Shown here: positions 62,601 to 64,000 of the stretch, in pieces
Layout: the number at the start of each line of letters is the position of its first letter
How positions within the stretch are numbered: the stretch's first letter is position 1
NCBI GenBank assembly: GCA_965216315.1
Contig: CBDCFN010000016.1
Location: 672,001-736,000, forward strand
Length of the DNA: 64,000 nt
From: a bacterium
GTDB taxonomy: Bacteria; UBA10199; 2-02-FULL-50-16; JAJFLM01
Direction of reading: 5' to 3'
Position numbers and translations under genes: made by a program
Notes under the pieces: model-generated
Told to the model about the DNA's origin: nothing
The model's input: the letters and a program-made list of their open reading frames with translations, nothing else
The model's database searches: none

Positions 62601-64000
62601 TTACGCTTCGGCAGGCATGGGAAGTGGTCATACCTTGCCATCGTCCTTCGATGCGAACTTGAAGACTATCGATCGGATCGAATCGAATATTACAATACGT
62701 CGCGAAGAAGCGATGCAATTACTCGAATCAGGAAACTTAACGAACAAGGACGCGCTGACTTCTTATCGCGATGCCTTAGTGGAGCGTCAGGGTTTTCTTG
62801 ACGGTATGGGCAACGGCCGCAATGAAGTTCTCTTGGCGGAGACCGTCTCCGAGATTCGCATGATTAACAGTGCGATCCATCACTACGAAATATTCGGACC
62901 GAATAATGCCTTTGGTCTGACGCGTGATGCTTCAGTATTGATGCCGGGCGGAGTCGAAGCCCCAATCTTTACTTACAAAATGGACCAGGCTGAGGCCATG
63001 CGTGCGATGTTCGAACAGATGGATGGCGCTCAACTTGTCCTCGATAAGAACGGCGAGATCATTGTCCGGTATAAAGAGCCGTTTACTGGTGAGACGTCGG
63101 AGATATTGTTTCGGCCGGAGCAGGTGGGTGAGGTCACTAAGAAAGTCACCGATAGCCAAGTCGTAACTAAGGCCGACGGCTCGTCAAGCACTGGCAAATC
63201 TCCTATCAAAATCAGCCTGGCCGATTACCCGGGCCTGCTCATGACGAGCGACGGGCGTGATATGTTGCGAGTTAATTTGCACAAGGGAGAGGTGACGCTC
63301 TCAAATGAAAAGTGTGATTGGACCGGGCATCCGTGGGAATTACATCTCTCGCTGGCTACCACTGGTGAAGTGACCTTGAAAGCCAACAGTGGGAACGTCG
63401 CGATTCGACGCAAAGGCGAACTCGAGTTTGCAAGTATTACGCAAGGCAATGAAGTCAAATTGAACGTTGGAGATACGCTTCGCCTCGGTGGAATGGAGTG
63501 GGTCTGGCAAGGCGAGAGTTATCTCGATGCCAGTCGTCCGAAAGTTCAGACTGATGCCTTTACTAGCTCGCACTGGTGGCAGGTGAACCAAGTCAATCAC
63601 TTTGTGCGTTTCTTTCAGGACGGTGCAGAAATACAGACTTTGAGTCGCATGGCAGCCGACCCGAAATGGAGTGCGAATGTCCAAACTTTTCTGCAGGGCA
63701 ATATCCGCCTCCAGGCACAACTCTGGAGATATCAAGGTTTAGAGGCCAAGTTCAGTGAGCTAAGAAGTGATTACGATGCGGCTTCAGGCAATCCCAGTCT
63801 CCAAGAAACTTTGCGTAGCGAGATGATTACTTTGCGTAGCGAGATGAAAAGTAGTTGGGAACAGGTCATGCAATTTTACGGGCGCAACTTAACCGGTAAA
63901 CACAATGTGATGATTATCGAATATCTGGCGCGGGTCGAGTCGGCGCACAGCGATATTAACCCGGTTAAGTTGGCATTGGCCCAATCATCGATTCAATCGG
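59623..64000 (+). CDS. large (>1459 aa) hypothetical protein, 3'-truncated; acidic helical region, Gly/Ala-rich hydrophobic segment, FHA-like beta domain
   Basis: Not in the ORF track, presumably because it has no stop in the window. Frame 1 is open from TTG 59623 (after in-frame TAG 59620, SD GAGGAG 59607-59612): MGADATCPLGTDPIYD... Hydrophobic LAVGAAVIVGSMIVGGWIGGIA at ~61980 and VKLNVGDTLRLGG at ~63455. Confidence 0.85.
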   Translation, partial: MGADATCPLGTDPIYDINGELITDAAGAPICTGDVIDLSTIKPESIVVNGFTGTGTDMFYVVECSDGLSGDCQVIEEESSVLSNSQQLLYGPTDSITSTSNTLSSQEFVVMQQERIRLQLLVTQAEALSGYDARDLLMEAARGYAELGDKRTAALVGYQAYEIKNGLGNRDREDVARWARSADLYHIAYKLYKEGEEIFDLEEFLADDDPDNKWLRKMLTDLDEWTDAAQRLIDAGYYSDALAVLEYAEHINEGDVNPDNGACLFFCPYTEPEENISDEIRRLQAIAEEGPSLVEAPMLSDLPLLEDLPADSAVDATTTFTMEYLQGEALARLEVLESFQTTSNLSALTDRAVELITVGYISLQQGDLEQAWIQLDEGFRLYDGLIRYREAESKYVATMNFFAASLPTNGTFPSGNFNSLGELADACEGDRYYANFSGNVLYDQYSAADETIVAAVDALWYFNTNKSPANNRGPIPQTLADLNAVTAQYETLAQSPEVVAFVQSVQEVQGQDYLEQLADEPAFADRVALGTSIEKLTVMLAVQEQLGSDQLEWNEESLNQVRAELVNLAMTYGEDGEAIVATLQGLNFSDAAQHEVGKTQLIQSIEDIAKLEKAQALDLLDANIEHIEEMDTDDEDPLKQIASDVADVRGSCATLSAYLDDVQRLAEDLTLETQDRTAYSMLQMTEEQLKPVAEMWSTINAGVTLGGLLPDRELDGTNAHDAYISRLEDVRDTIATIRNLSPTRYNAAERRAELIQDVNAEFNLLVGPQHQAYFAEYAEDATYFNLAVGAAVIVGSMIVGGWIGGIAKAGAMTMGAPRMVASAIGFIANISAFTTTELILMPGQQLWDSNLSTGDNVTKFLGRFGHNAVIVGTLGGTLKLVNRGAESVILARAESQLISEGAIVAGEGYSIEMATLLFERAATIRATWTATGLVYGTSFAAEGTVFMALNTGEAVYQHGLSKGLDQSLFSEQAWRMNFLNLLLIKTMHRGVTYYASAGMGSGHTLPSSFDANLKTIDRIESNITIRREEAMQLLESGNLTNKDALTSYRDALVERQGFLDGMGNGRNEVLLAETVSEIRMINSAIHHYEIFGPNNAFGLTRDASVLMPGGVEAPIFTYKMDQAEAMRAMFEQMDGAQLVLDKNGEIIVRYKEPFTGETSEILFRPEQVGEVTKKVTDSQVVTKADGSSSTGKSPIKISLADYPGLLMTSDGRDMLRVNLHKGEVTLSNEKCDWTGHPWELHLSLATTGEVTLKANSGNVAIRRKGELEFASITQGNEVKLNVGDTLRLGGMEWVWQGESYLDASRPKVQTDAFTSSHWWQVNQVNHFVRFFQDGAEIQTLSRMAADPKWSANVQTFLQGNIRLQAQLWRYQGLEAKFSELRSDYDAASGNPSLQETLRSEMITLRSEMKSSWEQVMQFYGRNLTGKHNVMIIEYLARVESAHSDINPVKLALAQSSIQS

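Noticed and set aside
59693..63758. Short ORFs listed by the track in the last 4.3 kb
   Set aside because: All overlap the long open frame-1 ORF from 59623 and show no protein-like motifs.

Overview
Bacterial genomic window. The gene content (Ser/Thr kinase-sigma54 activator fusion, TSP3/MopE-type giant surface protein, archease-rtcB) suggests a deltaproteobacterial or Myxococcota-like lineage, but this is inference. From left to right it contains: (i) a c-di-GMP-I riboswitch with a predicted OFF-type terminator/anti-SD platform in front of an 18.7 kb, 6227-aa Cys/Asp-rich surface protein carrying 70 tandem 99-bp repeats, followed by a small secreted helical protein; (ii) a minus-strand cluster in which one large unknown protein occurs both fused (2139 aa) and split (1078+1064 aa), with twin START/SRPBCC-like modules, each copy flanked by a beta-barrel-like ORF lacking a signal peptide; (iii) housekeeping genes (bcp, acs, OsmC, EVE, thioredoxin-like, rtcB, archease) interleaved with oddly extended enzymes (FGE-domain protein, threonine dehydratase-like, malic enzyme-like, zincin); (iv) a kinase-TPR-GAF-AAA+-HTH regulator that lacks GAFTGA, next to four near-perfect sigma54 promoters driving lipoproteins, a HExxH pair and a >1459-codon ORF missing from the ORF track. 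The most notable unexplained signal is a recurring sigma28-like promoter motif, consensus (G)CAAC-N16/17-CGA(A/T), upstream of seven transcription units encoding unusual proteins mostly lacking signal peptides. It may mark a co-regulated effector regulon. No rRNA, tRNA, CRISPR or transposase was recognised.
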